DNA of 58,277 nucleotides from an uncultured Alphaproteobacteria bacterium (GCA_938084065.1 CALKDI010000311.1:1-58277), one strand, 5' to 3'; shown: positions 18,925 through 28,492, numbered from the stretch's first letter. Made by a program: numbers and translations. The notes: generated by a model from the sequence alone, not told the origin.

Positions 18925-20550
18925 ATGCTGATATTCGGTGCTCTTCGCACAACCTGGCTGGCATCCCATCCGGTTGTGAGGCGTCTTTTCGCAAGCGTCG
19001 CGGCTGTTATAGCCGCAAGCGTATTGCTGTCCGCCTGCATTTCACCATCGCATCCGCCATTTTCAGAGACGTACTCCGAACCAGAAGCCCGGCTTTTGTT
19101 CGAAGATGCATTTTCGCATATTCAGCAACGCTACATTGACTCTGTCGCCATCGCACCGCTGGCCATGAACGGCATGAAAGCGCTGCTTGGCTCGCAAGAG
19201 CCTGGTGATTTGCAGATTGAGGGCGAAGGCGAATACGTCACCCTGAACCGACGGGGCCTTCAACTGGCACAGTTTGCGCGCCCCGATCCCTATGATGGCA
19301 ATGCCTGGGCCGACGTCACGGCAGCGCTCCTACAAAAAGCAAGCGACGCAACTCCGGCCTTGCATGCCATGCCTGCGGAGGATTTTTACCAGGCCGTTAT
19401 GGATGGTGTGGTGGGGAAATTGGACCCGTTTTCCCGCTATGCCAGCGCCAGAGCAGCGTCCAACCAGAGGGCATCGCGGGAGGGCTTTAGCGGCATTGGC
19501 ATTTCGATCCAGACTGAGGCCGGGCTAACCCATGTGGTTGAGGTGATGCTTGGCACGCCCGCGGCTGAGCAAGGGTTGCAGGTCGGCGATTTGCTGACCC
19601 ACGCCGACCATCAACCGCTGGGCGGATTGGATGGCAACGATGTTGTCGACCGCCTGCGCGGTCCGACCGGCAGCTCTGTCGTTCTGACCTTGCAGCGCGG
19701 CGTGCCTGCACAGGTGCTGGATATCACCCTGCGGCGGGCCTTTGTCGTACCGGCGACAGTGGTTGGCACGATTGATCGGACCGTCGCGGTGCTGCGCATC
19801 TCCAGCTTCAACCGCAATACCGCCGCAGACGTGGAGCGCGCTTATCTGCAGCTGGCAACCGCACCCAGCCCTGTTCGCGGGCTTATCCTGGATTTGCGGG
19901 GCAACCCCGGTGGACTGCTGGATCAGGCGGTGCTGGTGGCCGATCTGTTCCTGGACGATGGCTTGGTTATCAGCACGTTTGGCCGCCATCCGGCGTCGAA
20001 CAGTGTTTTTACAGCCGATGCTCGACAAATCGCCGCCGGCATCCCGATGGCAATGCTGATCAACGGGCGGTCCGCATCTGCATCGGAATTGTTGGCTGCC
20101 GCCTTGCAGGATCGTGGACGGGCAGTGGCGATCGGCACAGCCACCCACGGCAAAGGCAGTGTGCAGAGCCTGGTGCGGATGCCGAACGGCGGAGAGCTGG
20201 TGCTGACCTGGTCGCGAATGCATGCGCCGTCCGGATATGTTTTGGATGGCCTGGGGGTCTTGCCCAGCATCTGCACCGCCAGCGGTGATACACAGCTTAG
20301 CCCGGCGCAGGTGTTCGCCAGTGTCGATGACTATGCGATGCGCGTCGCCGACTGGCAGCGTTATGATCATGTGGACCGCCTGAGGGCCGCCGCATTGCGC
20401 AAGTCTTGCCCGGCTGGCCTCGATCAACGGGATGAGGATATGGCGCTGGCCAAGCGGTTGCTGCTGGACCCAGCATTGTATGTGCGGGCGTTGGCACCAG
20501 CCGTGGAAAGCGCGGCGGCACGTGCTGTTGCCACACCAGGCGCATCCTGA
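18925..20550 (+). CDS. S41-family (C-terminal processing type) peptidase, predicted lipoprotein
   Basis: S41 motifs LDLRGNPGGLL and NGRSASASELLAAALQD, with a PDZ-like segment. The N-terminus ends in the lipobox-like LLSAC. Confidence 0.85.
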   Translation: MLIFGALRTTWLASHPVVRRLFASVAAVIAASVLLSACISPSHPPFSETYSEPEARLLFEDAFSHIQQRYIDSVAIAPLAMNGMKALLGSQEPGDLQIEGEGEYVTLNRRGLQLAQFARPDPYDGNAWADVTAALLQKASDATPALHAMPAEDFYQAVMDGVVGKLDPFSRYASARAASNQRASREGFSGIGISIQTEAGLTHVVEVMLGTPAAEQGLQVGDLLTHADHQPLGGLDGNDVVDRLRGPTGSSVVLTLQRGVPAQVLDITLRRAFVVPATVVGTIDRTVAVLRISSFNRNTAADVERAYLQLATAPSPVRGLILDLRGNPGGLLDQAVLVADLFLDDGLVISTFGRHPASNSVFTADARQIAAGIPMAMLINGRSASASELLAAALQDRGRAVAIGTATHGKGSVQSLVRMPNGGELVLTWSRMHAPSGYVLDGLGVLPSICTASGDTQLSPAQVFASVDDYAMRVADWQRYDHVDRLRAAALRKSCPAGLDQRDEDMALAKRLLLDPALYVRALAPAVESAAARAVATPGAS

Positions 20551-20577
20551 TGGATGAATGGCCTGATGGATGAATGA
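20546..20577. repeat. 16-bp tandem duplication spanning the peptidase stop codon
   Basis: CCTGATGGATGAATGG (20546-20561) is followed directly by CCTGATGGATGAATGA (20562-20577); 15 of 16 positions are identical. Confidence 0.7.
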
Positions 20578-20578
20578 C

Positions 20579-20607
20579 TTGACCGGGAGCCTGTGAGCCG
20601 GTATCAA
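20579..20607 (+). promoter_or_regulatory. Candidate sigma70-type promoter for rpmG
   Basis: TTGACC (20579-20584), a 17-nt spacer, then TATCAA (20602-20607). It is 37 nt upstream of the rpmG ATG. AAGGA SD at about -13 to -9. Confidence 0.4.
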
Positions 20608-20643
20608 GCGCGCCTAAGTTTCGCTCTATAAGGATGCACGGTC

Positions 20644-20811
20644 ATGGCCAAACCCGCCACCGTATTGGTCAAGCTGGTAAGCACAGCAGACACCGGCTTT
20701 TACTATGTTGCTAAGAAGAACCCGCGCACCAAGCCAGAAAAGATGGAATTTAAGAAATTCGATCCGGTCGCGCGCAAGCACGTTCTGTTCAAAGAGCAAA
20801 AAATGAAATAA
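20644..20811 (+). CDS. rpmG: 50S ribosomal protein L33
   Basis: Hand translation gives [55 protein letters not shown] (55 aa), the L33 pattern. Below the ORF-track length cutoff. Confidence 0.9.
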   Translation: MAKPATVLVKLVSTADTGFYYVAKKNPRTKPEKMEFKKFDPVARKHVLFKEQKMK

Positions 20812-20822
20812 GCAACCACGCG

Positions 20823-20848
20823 CCTATTTTCCAATAGGTTCGTGTTTG
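20823..20848 (+). terminator. Weak hairpin plus U-rich tract after rpmG
   Basis: CCTATT-ttcc-AATAGG followed by TTCGTGTTTG. The stem is short and AT-rich, so this is tentative. Confidence 0.25.
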
Positions 20849-20915
20849 ATGCAGAGCTGCTGACGAGCAATCGTTAGCGGCTTTTCTGCGCCTGAAGACT
20901 CAAGTCCATCGAGTC

Positions 20916-21761
20916 TCAGGTGCGCGGGCGGCGTTCGGGCAGATGGATTGTTGATCCGCGGAACTTGTTCCAATTGCGGACGTCCAGGTTGACGAACAAT
21001 GGCGGCTCGACAAAGCGGGCCGTGAAGGCCTTGGGGCCAAAACGATAGCGCATATAGCCCAGACGCGCCGCACCGGGCACCGCTTTGCGCCCACTCATCA
21101 GGAATGATGTGGCAGGCGCCCACACCAGCTTTGTTGCCCCAATGCTGACTCTGCGGAAGCGGTGCAAATGGCCACTGCCAACCAGCGCAACACCGTGACC
21201 CTCGCACAAGCTGAGCAATCGGGCGCGGCCTTCCGGGAACAGTGCTGTCAGCATGCGGCCCTGGCTATCGGGGTCACGGACGAACAAGGGCTTATGCAGC
21301 CAGATCGCCAGTCGACGGGTGCCGGCATCCGCCAAAGCCTGCTCCAGGAAAGCCCATTGCGCTGGCTCACTGGGCAGGTCGCTGTCGATCAGCTGGGCGT
21401 TCAGACCGATAAACCTCCAGTTGGCCAGATCCTCAACCCACCAATCCTGATCGATATGCGCGTGGAAAGCCGCGCGTAGTGGCTCTGTCAGCGGGTGGTG
21501 GTTGCGCTCGTCTGGCGGCGTATCGCCTGAGTCGTGATTGCCAGGGATAGCGCGCCAGCGAACCGGCAGGCGATCCAGCTGTTCGCGGGCATAGGCGAAC
21601 TCCCAATCGCGGTCCGGGCCGTTCACACAGACATCGCCGGTGACGAAGATGAAATCCGGCGGATCGGCCTGCATCTCGTCGACGAACACGTCGTAATTGT
21701 CCTGAAACCAGGCATGAGTCGGCGAGAGATGGAGGTCCGAGACCTGAACGATGTCGAGCAT
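20916..21761 (-). CDS. Calcineurin-like metallophosphoesterase (CpdA-like)
   Basis: Motifs VSDLHLS, FVTGDV, GNHD and GHLH, in the order typical of class III phosphodiesterase/metallophosphoesterases. Confidence 0.8.
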   Translation of the reverse strand: MLDIVQVSDLHLSPTHAWFQDNYDVFVDEMQADPPDFIFVTGDVCVNGPDRDWEFAYAREQLDRLPVRWRAIPGNHDSGDTPPDERNHHPLTEPLRAAFHAHIDQDWWVEDLANWRFIGLNAQLIDSDLPSEPAQWAFLEQALADAGTRRLAIWLHKPLFVRDPDSQGRMLTALFPEGRARLLSLCEGHGVALVGSGHLHRFRRVSIGATKLVWAPATSFLMSGRKAVPGAARLGYMRYRFGPKAFTARFVEPPLFVNLDVRNWNKFRGSTIHLPERRPRT

Positions 21762-21781
21762 TTTGGATGTCTCCGTCTAAG

Positions 21782-23998
21782 TCAGACGCCGCGCGCGGCT
21801 TCCTGCTCCAGCACCACCTGTGCGGCACTGGCAGCGTCGCCGCTAACAGCCTCACCACTGGTCGATTCGACCTGGATGCGGCGGCGAGCGAACTGGATGC
21901 CATTTTCCATGAACAGGCGCTGAATGTTCAAATTGACGTAACGGCGCAGGGTGAATTGCTGACGCGGTTTGCAGGTGAATTTGGTGCGAACAACCATGCC
22001 GGCCTCTTCGATGCGCGTAACGCCTTGGCTCTTCATTGGCTCGATGAACAAGTGGCCAATTTCGGGATTGGATAGCATTTCCTGTCCCAATTTCTTGATC
22101 ATCTTGCGGACCTTTTCGATGTCCGTATCGAATGGCACCAAGAAATCCTGTTTGTAGATCACCCAATCGCGGCTGTAATTGGTGATGTGCCGCAACTCGC
22201 CAAAGGGGATGGTTTGGACCATGCCGCGATGGTGGCGCAATTGCATGGAGCGCACAGAAATTTTCTCTACCTCCCCGCGCAATTCGCCGATTTCCAGGTA
22301 CTCGCCGACCCGGAAAGCATCATCCACCAGGAAGAAAATACCGCTGACCACGTCGCGCACCAGCGCCTGGGCGCCAAAACCGATGGCGAGGCCGATAACG
22401 CCGGCACCGGCCAGCAATGGGCCAATATCAACGCCAGCCGACGACAGCATCACCAGCACCGAAACAGCGATAATGAACACCAGGATGGTCGCCCGGAACA
22501 GTGGCAACAGGGTTTGAGCCCGGGTGCCGATGATGGCTGATCCACCCTCGCCCTCGCCCATACCCGCACCGCTGGCGTTGGCCTCCGCGATTTCGCGCTC
22601 GCGCTCAATCCAACGGTCAATCCAGTCGCGGAGCAATGTCCAGATGGCAACGGCGGCCAATGCCGTCAGGGCCACTTCAACGAGAGCACCCAATACCATT
22701 GCCCCAATTGGCGTTTTCAACAGAGCAAACAGCGGCAGGCCAGCCCCTTGTGCCAGCATCGCCCCAGATATCAGCAGCAGCACAGTGATTAACAACCGCC
22801 GGACGCCGGAGGCCAACAATCGTCGCGTATCCGCCCCGCTCACCGTCGGGTCCAGACAGGAGCGCAGCGACGCATCCACGGTCGGGACGCTCAGGAACAG
22901 AACAAAGCCTACCATCGTCGCCATATTGCCCGCACGCTCACCCAGAACTGAGTTCAGAAACCACAGGAGGCCGGCGACAGCCAACACCAACAACCCCAAC
23001 CACGGCCATGCCTGTAGGATCGGATGGCCGGGCGCATTGACCCGGGCGGTCAACAGATGGAGCGTCGCGATGACAACGACAAACCCGATCACCGTCAGGC
23101 GCAGTATCGCTTTGATCTCTTCGCCGCCGCCCAACAGTTCAACCAGCCCCATCGAGAACGAGATAAGCCCATAACCAGCCGCCATCATGACGGTCAACAG
23201 CGTCGCGCGGATCGCCGTTCGGTCATCCATCACCATCAATCGATACGAGACCGCTTGTGGTGCGAACACAAACCTGGCTACGACCCAGGCAAAAAACACC
23301 AACGTCACGACGCCGGCATAGGCCTCTGCGAACAGGCGCATGGGATCGAAATTGTTGAACAACAGGAATGACGTGCCGAACGCAAACAGGGCGAAGGCCA
23401 GTACACTGGCCAAATCCAGCATCAGCCGCCCACTCAAAACCGTTATCCGCACCGGCCAACTGCTGGCAGATGTTGTCATCCACTGCGTGCACACCCCGCG
23501 CGTCAAACGATAAACCACCAAAGCTGCCAGTGCGCCTGCGGCGATCATAATGGCCAGGTTCCTCAGACCTTTCCGCAGCGGCGTTTCGCTGGATAACAGC
23601 AGCACCATGAAATCAAGCTGTTCTGGCAAATTGTGCCAAGCCTGTTTCAGGCCGCTCAACCGGTCGTCCAACATGGCGGTGGTGTGGCGTCGTTGCTCTA
23701 TCAGGCTGGCGAAACTGCTGGGCTGATCGGCGGCGGAGGCGGCCGCTGCGGCGACGGTCTTGGCCTGCAACTCCGCCAGCAATACTGCGCGAGCGTCGCG
23801 GTCGCTCAAGGGGGCAACAAAGGCCTCCACCTGTTCCGGTCGCAAATCTGGAGGCACGACTAATGGCGGCAATGTCATGCTAGCGTCCTGGCCACTGCCT
23901 TGCAGGTGCTGCAGGCCCGCGGCACCAGCAGCAAACGCCGGCGCGGTAAAAAGGTTGAAAAGCATTAGACCCGTGAAAAGGGCTATGATCGGTCTCAT
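21782..23998 (-). CDS. Large MscS-family mechanosensitive channel (MscK/KefA-like architecture)
   Basis: 738 aa. Signal peptide, periplasmic N-domain, about 10 TM helices, then the MscS core (GLAIGFGAQALVRDVVSGIFFLVDDAFRVGEYLEIG...G.VEKISVRS). The ATG overlaps the upstream permease stop (ATGA). Confidence 0.85.
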   Translation of the reverse strand: MRPIIALFTGLMLFNLFTAPAFAAGAAGLQHLQGSGQDASMTLPPLVVPPDLRPEQVEAFVAPLSDRDARAVLLAELQAKTVAAAAASAADQPSSFASLIEQRRHTTAMLDDRLSGLKQAWHNLPEQLDFMVLLLSSETPLRKGLRNLAIMIAAGALAALVVYRLTRGVCTQWMTTSASSWPVRITVLSGRLMLDLASVLAFALFAFGTSFLLFNNFDPMRLFAEAYAGVVTLVFFAWVVARFVFAPQAVSYRLMVMDDRTAIRATLLTVMMAAGYGLISFSMGLVELLGGGEEIKAILRLTVIGFVVVIATLHLLTARVNAPGHPILQAWPWLGLLVLAVAGLLWFLNSVLGERAGNMATMVGFVLFLSVPTVDASLRSCLDPTVSGADTRRLLASGVRRLLITVLLLISGAMLAQGAGLPLFALLKTPIGAMVLGALVEVALTALAAVAIWTLLRDWIDRWIEREREIAEANASGAGMGEGEGGSAIIGTRAQTLLPLFRATILVFIIAVSVLVMLSSAGVDIGPLLAGAGVIGLAIGFGAQALVRDVVSGIFFLVDDAFRVGEYLEIGELRGEVEKISVRSMQLRHHRGMVQTIPFGELRHITNYSRDWVIYKQDFLVPFDTDIEKVRKMIKKLGQEMLSNPEIGHLFIEPMKSQGVTRIEEAGMVVRTKFTCKPRQQFTLRRYVNLNIQRLFMENGIQFARRRIQVESTSGEAVSGDAASAAQVVLEQEAARGV

Positions 23999-24909
23999 GC
24001 TGCGTCCTGTCGCTCAGTTGCACGCGGTGCCAGCGCATCTTGTAGCGCGTCGCCCAAAAAGTTGACACTCATGACCGTAAGGAAGATTGCGAGTCCCGGA
24101 TAGATTGCCAGCATCGGCGCCTGCCAGATGATCTCTTGCGCGCCGGTCAGCATATTGCCCCAACTGGGCGTCGGCGGCTGAATGCCGAGGCCGAGAAAGC
24201 TAAGGGCGCTCTCGAACAGGATGACTTGGCCCATGGCCAGCGTCGTCGCCACGATCAGCGGGCCAGAGACATTCGGCAGGATGTGGCGCACGGCAATCGC
24301 CAGTGGCGCGACGCCGAGCGCGCGGGCTGCCTGCACATAGCCTTGGGCGCGGGCGGCAAGCGTTGCGCCGCGGACCAAACGCGCTGGCGTGGTCCAACCG
24401 ACGGCGGCGACTATGACGACAATGCGGATCAGGCCAAAGCTTTGCTCCTCTGCCCAGGGGCCAAACCCCAGCTTGGCAGGGTCGATGGCGGCCAGGACGA
24501 TCAGCAAGGGCAACAACGGCAAGGCAATCACGCTATCGACCAGACGCATCAACACTGCGTCCAGCCAACCGCCCCAATACCCGGCGGCCAAACCGATGGC
24601 GGTGCCAATGCTGGCTGCCGCCAAAGCTGCCACGAATGCCACGCTGAGCGATACTTGCCCGCCGGCCAGCAGGCGCAGCAACACGTCCCGGCCCAAGTCA
24701 TCCTGGCCCAGCAGGTGCGCGCTGGTCGGCGCGCCGTACTGGCTGAACAGATCGACGGCCTCTGGATCGATGCCCAGAGCGCCGGCCAGCCAGCCGGCAG
24801 AAAGGCAGGCGATCACCAGCAGCGACAACAGCACCAAACCGGCCAGACCAAAGCGATGGCCGCGAAAGCGGTGCCAGGCGCGGGTTCCGGTGCCCATTAA
24901 CGGCCTCAC
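23995..24909 (-). CDS. ABC transporter permease, Dpp/Opp/Gsi family (DppC/GsiD-like)
   Basis: Six-TM binding-protein-dependent permease with an EAA-type loop (AARALGVAPLAIAVRHILPN). GTG 24909 overlaps the upstream stop. ATG 24897 is an alternative start. Confidence 0.87.
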   Translation of the reverse strand: MRPLMGTGTRAWHRFRGHRFGLAGLVLLSLLVIACLSAGWLAGALGIDPEAVDLFSQYGAPTSAHLLGQDDLGRDVLLRLLAGGQVSLSVAFVAALAAASIGTAIGLAAGYWGGWLDAVLMRLVDSVIALPLLPLLIVLAAIDPAKLGFGPWAEEQSFGLIRIVVIVAAVGWTTPARLVRGATLAARAQGYVQAARALGVAPLAIAVRHILPNVSGPLIVATTLAMGQVILFESALSFLGLGIQPPTPSWGNMLTGAQEIIWQAPMLAIYPGLAIFLTVMSVNFLGDALQDALAPRATERQDAA

Positions 24910-25868
24910 GCGTCGCTCATGCGGGCGAAGGATACCCGTGGATCGACGGCAGCATAGGCGATATCAGCGGCCAGATTGGCGACCAACGTAACGCCGGTGC
25001 CGAACAACAAAGCGACCAGCGCCAGATTATAGTCATTACCCATCACCGCATCGAACAACAGCTTGCCCATGCCGGGATAGCCGAACATCATCTCCACAAT
25101 CAGCGCGCCGCTGAAGAGGCCACCAACATCCAGGGCCAGGATCGAAATCACCGGGATCATGGCGTTGCGCAGCGCATGGCCCCAGATCACACCGACCTCG
25201 CTTAAGCCCTTAGCCCGGGCGGTGCGGATGTGATCGGCGGATAGAGCCTCGCGCATGGCGGCGCGCATATAGCGAGTGATACCGCCGGCTTGCAGCAACC
25301 CCAGCGTCAGGATCGGCAAAGCCAGATGGCGGAGCTGGGTGGCGAAGCCGGGCTCCAAAGCCACCGCACTGGCAGGAAAGATTTGCCAATGCACGGCGAA
25401 TAGCAGGATCAACAGCAGTGCTAGCCAGAAGGCCGGCATGGCAACACCGGCAAAGCAAATCAGGTTAACCACATAATCCAGGCGCGAGTGCGGCCTGGCA
25501 CCAGCTGCCATTCCCGCCGGCAGTCCGATGGCCAACGCCACGGCAAAGCTGCCACCCATCAATAGCAGCGTGCGGCCCAAAGGCTCGGCCAAGGTGGAGA
25601 TGACCGGCTGCGCGAACAGGCGGGAATAACCGAACTCGCCTTGCAATGCCTGTATGGCCCAGGCCCAATAGCGATGCGCCCAAGGTTCATCCAGGCCATA
25701 AAGGGCGCGAAGCCGGGCGATGTCGTCGGATGTCAGGCGTGGATCGGCGCTCAAGGCCAGGTCGATCGGATCGCCCGGCATCAGGCCGATCAGGCCATAG
25801 ATCGCCACTGACATCAGCACCAGCACAGCCAAAGACTGTGCCAACCGCATCGTCAAAAAACGCAACAC
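24906..25868 (-). CDS. ABC transporter permease, Dpp/Opp/Gsi family (DppB/GsiC-like)
   Basis: N-terminus (V)LRFLTMRLAQSLAVLVL and loop EALSADHIRTARAKGL are typical of DppB-type permeases. Confidence 0.87.
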   Translation of the reverse strand: MLRFLTMRLAQSLAVLVLMSVAIYGLIGLMPGDPIDLALSADPRLTSDDIARLRALYGLDEPWAHRYWAWAIQALQGEFGYSRLFAQPVISTLAEPLGRTLLLMGGSFAVALAIGLPAGMAAGARPHSRLDYVVNLICFAGVAMPAFWLALLLILLFAVHWQIFPASAVALEPGFATQLRHLALPILTLGLLQAGGITRYMRAAMREALSADHIRTARAKGLSEVGVIWGHALRNAMIPVISILALDVGGLFSGALIVEMMFGYPGMGKLLFDAVMGNDYNLALVALLFGTGVTLVANLAADIAYAAVDPRVSFARMSDA

Positions 25869-25896
25869 GGCCCGGTTCTCGGCGGCTTCTCAGCAG

Positions 25897-26313
25897 CTAC
25901 TCTTCCAGGACCTGGTGCACTTCTATAATGGTGCCAGCAGGGTCGTGGAAATAGATCTGGGTCCACAACTTGGTGAAGGTCGTGCCATAATCGACATAGG
26001 GTATGCCCTTGTCTTCAAGGTGCTTCTTGAAGGCCTCGATATCATCGGTGCGAAAGGCGACGTGCCCGCGCTCCAACGGATTGATCTGCTTGCCAGCGCG
26101 GATGCCGACGTTGGTGTCGGTCTCGGTCAGATGAAATTGCGAGCCATTTTCGCTGACCCGGAATGCCAACTCACCGGCATACAACGCGCCGGGGATGGAC
26201 GGCACTGCGCCCATCTCCGGGATGTCGCTCTGCAGCAGGACGTCACCGTAAAAGGAGTCCAACTCCGGCACATCGTGATGGTTGATATTGAGATGATGAA
26301 ACCAGAGTTTCAT
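25897..26313 (-). CDS. VOC-family (glyoxalase/bleomycin resistance/dioxygenase fold) protein
   Basis: Beta-alpha-beta-beta-beta VOC pattern (HHLNI..., GHVAFRTDDIEAFKKHLEDKGI, IYFHDPAGTIIEV). Start set at ATG 26313, with AGGAGG 9 nt upstream. TTG 26337 is the track alternative. Confidence 0.8.
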   Translation of the reverse strand: MKLWFHHLNINHHDVPELDSFYGDVLLQSDIPEMGAVPSIPGALYAGELAFRVSENGSQFHLTETDTNVGIRAGKQINPLERGHVAFRTDDIEAFKKHLEDKGIPYVDYGTTFTKLWTQIYFHDPAGTIIEVHQVLEE

Positions 26314-26364
26314 GAGACTGGGCCTCCTGAGGGTCAATGTTGGCAGGAACCTAGAGGCCCGCGG

Positions 26365-26802
26365 CTATGGCAGCAAGTCCCCCGGCTGCCAACCGGGCGG
26401 GGCCATGCGAAAGCCGTCGTAGAGGAAGGCCGGCGCGCAGATACCACCGACCAGACTCCAGCCGCCATGGCTGGTTGCCGACGCCCAAACGCCCTTGGGC
26501 ACGACTGCCTGAGGCTTCTCACCATTGGCGAAATCGGTACCGAGGCGATAGCGCTCGACCGATTTACCATCATGGGACAGCGAGAGCGTCAGCGGTGCGC
26601 CGGCGTGGAAGGTCCAAATCTCGTCGGCATCAATCACCCGCCATCGTGACGGCCGGTCTATCGGCGGCATGTAATAGATCGCTGTCATGCTGCCGCGGCT
26701 GTCGTCTGCCGGCGCTTGGCGAAAGATCTCGCGAAAATAGCCGCCTTCCGGGTGAGGTTCGAGGTTGAGGGCCGCGACGACCGTTTCCATTGAGGTGGTC
26801 AT
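26365..26802 (-). CDS. DUF985 cupin-fold protein
   Basis: L.L.PHPEGGYFRE.FR is the diagnostic DUF985 (YML079w-like) N-terminus. Start set at ATG 26802, with GGGAG upstream. The longer track ORF would overlap gloB. Confidence 0.8.
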   Translation of the reverse strand: MTTSMETVVAALNLEPHPEGGYFREIFRQAPADDSRGSMTAIYYMPPIDRPSRWRVIDADEIWTFHAGAPLTLSLSHDGKSVERYRLGTDFANGEKPQAVVPKGVWASATSHGGWSLVGGICAPAFLYDGFRMAPPGWQPGDLLP

Positions 26803-26827
26803 AGCCGGCTCCCAACCTCGCCTCGCC

Positions 26828-27598
26828 TTAGAAGTTGTCCTTGCGCTTGCGGATTTCCGCAAACACCGCAGCTGGCTCTGCCCCAGCCATGCCGACAGCC
26901 GCCTGCATGGCCGGATCGTCGGCGCGCAGGAACGGATTGGTGGCTTTCTCCGGCCCCAGCAGCGCCGGAATCGTCGGCTTACCGGCCGCGCGCAAGCGAT
27001 CGATTTCGTCGGCCTGGGCTTTCAGTGCCGCATTGCCAGGATCGACCGAGACGGCAAACCGAGCATTGGACTGGGTATACTCATGACCGCAATAAATCTT
27101 GGTCTGGTCCGGCAGCGCCCGCAGCTTGAGGAGCGAGTCCCAAAAGCCCGGCGGGTTGCCCTCAAACATACGCCCGCAGCCCAGCACGAACAGGGTGTCG
27201 CCACTGAACAGCGCGTTGGAGGTGGCGAAGTGGAAAGCGATGTGGCCGGTGGTGTGGCCGGGCACCTCAAACACTTTGGCGGTCTGGGTGCCGACGGCAT
27301 AGCTGTCGCCCTCAGACACCAGTACGTCCATGCCCTCGATACGACCAGACTCGGCGCGGGGACCGATGATCGGGCAGCCATAAGCCGCTTTCAGCTCCTG
27401 ATTGCCGCCAACATGGTCCATATGGTGATGGGTGTTGAGGATGTGGGTGAGGTTCCAGCCGCGCTGTTTTAGAGCGGCTAGAACGGGTTCTGCCTCTGCC
27501 GGGTCGATAACGGCGGTGTCGCCCGTGTCGGCGTCATGCGCCAGATACACGTAATTGTCGCTGAGCGCAGGTACCAAAACGATTTCTAGGGCGGCCAT
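26828..27598 (-). CDS. gloB: Hydroxyacylglutathione hydrolase (glyoxalase II)
   Basis: Metallo-beta-lactamase motif THHHMDHVGGN, a GloB-type N-terminus (LSDNYVYL) and C-terminus (NPFLR). Start at ATG 27598. Confidence 0.9.
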   Translation of the reverse strand: MAALEIVLVPALSDNYVYLAHDADTGDTAVIDPAEAEPVLAALKQRGWNLTHILNTHHHMDHVGGNQELKAAYGCPIIGPRAESGRIEGMDVLVSEGDSYAVGTQTAKVFEVPGHTTGHIAFHFATSNALFSGDTLFVLGCGRMFEGNPPGFWDSLLKLRALPDQTKIYCGHEYTQSNARFAVSVDPGNAALKAQADEIDRLRAAGKPTIPALLGPEKATNPFLRADDPAMQAAVGMAGAEPAAVFAEIRKRKDNF

Positions 27599-27664
27599 GG
27601 CTTCCCTCCCATATGTGGTGTTGCAAGCAAGGTTCTGGCACCTTGTACCATCATCGGAGGCCGG

Positions 27665-28492
27665 ATGCGAACCGACGTTCAACAATTGCGTGAATTCTAC
27701 CGCACGTCGCTGGGCCTAATGGCGCGCCGGCGGCTGGAGCAGCGGGTGCGCGCCCGCTGGCCGGACGTGCGCGGGATGCAGGTTGCAGGCGTCGGCTATC
27801 CAGTGCCAGTGCTCCGCCCCTTCCTGGACGAGGCGGAGCGGGTGGCGGCCCTGATGCCCGCGACCCAGGGTGTTATCCGCTGGCCACGCTCGCTCGCCAA
27901 CGTGGCGACCCAGGTGGAGGAGGTGGATTGGCCACTGCCTGATGCCACCATCGACCGGCTGGTGCTGCTGCACGCGCTGGAAACGGCGGAAGAGTTGCGG
28001 CCCTTCCTGCGGGAATGCTGGCGCGTACTGGCGCCCGGCGGACGGCTGCTGGCCATTGTTCCGAACCGCAGCGGGCTGTGGGCTTTGCGCGAAAGCATCC
28101 CCTTTGGCCATGGCCGGCCCTATACCGGCCAACAATTGCGCCGCCTGCTGCGCGAACACCTGTTTGAACCGCTGGAGACCGAGCGCGCGCTGCATCTGCC
28201 CCCGCTAAAGGGTCAGACCCTGGCCCGTATGACGGCACCGATAGAGCCCTTGGCGGCCCGCTGGTTACGCCGGTTTGGCGGCGTTGTCATGGTCGAGGCC
28301 GAGAAAACCACAGCCGGGCTCGTGCCGGTCCGCAGCCGGGTGCGACGCTATCTGCCAGAGTTGGGATTGCGGCCACAACGGGCGCGCGGCGCTGCTAATC
28401 AGGAGGCGGATTTGGCGCCTAACCGCCAGTCGTGCGCGGACGACGGGCGGGCGGAGGCGTCGGCGCCCCGGTCTGCTGCAGAATCACGTTGA
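27665..28492 (+). CDS. Class I SAM-dependent methyltransferase
   Basis: Methyltransferase type-11-like core (VAGVGYP..., DRLVLLHALE, LAPGGRLLAIVPN). Divergent from gloB. GGAGG SD upstream. Confidence 0.78.
   Translation: MRTDVQQLREFYRTSLGLMARRRLEQRVRARWPDVRGMQVAGVGYPVPVLRPFLDEAERVAALMPATQGVIRWPRSLANVATQVEEVDWPLPDATIDRLVLLHALETAEELRPFLRECWRVLAPGGRLLAIVPNRSGLWALRESIPFGHGRPYTGQQLRRLLREHLFEPLETERALHLPPLKGQTLARMTAPIEPLAARWLRRFGGVVMVEAEKTTAGLVPVRSRVRRYLPELGLRPQRARGAANQEADLAPNRQSCADDGRAEASAPRSAAESR

Noticed and set aside
19525-20607. 360-aa minus-strand ORF
   Set aside because: Antisense to the S41 peptidase, which has clear family motifs. Shadow ORF.
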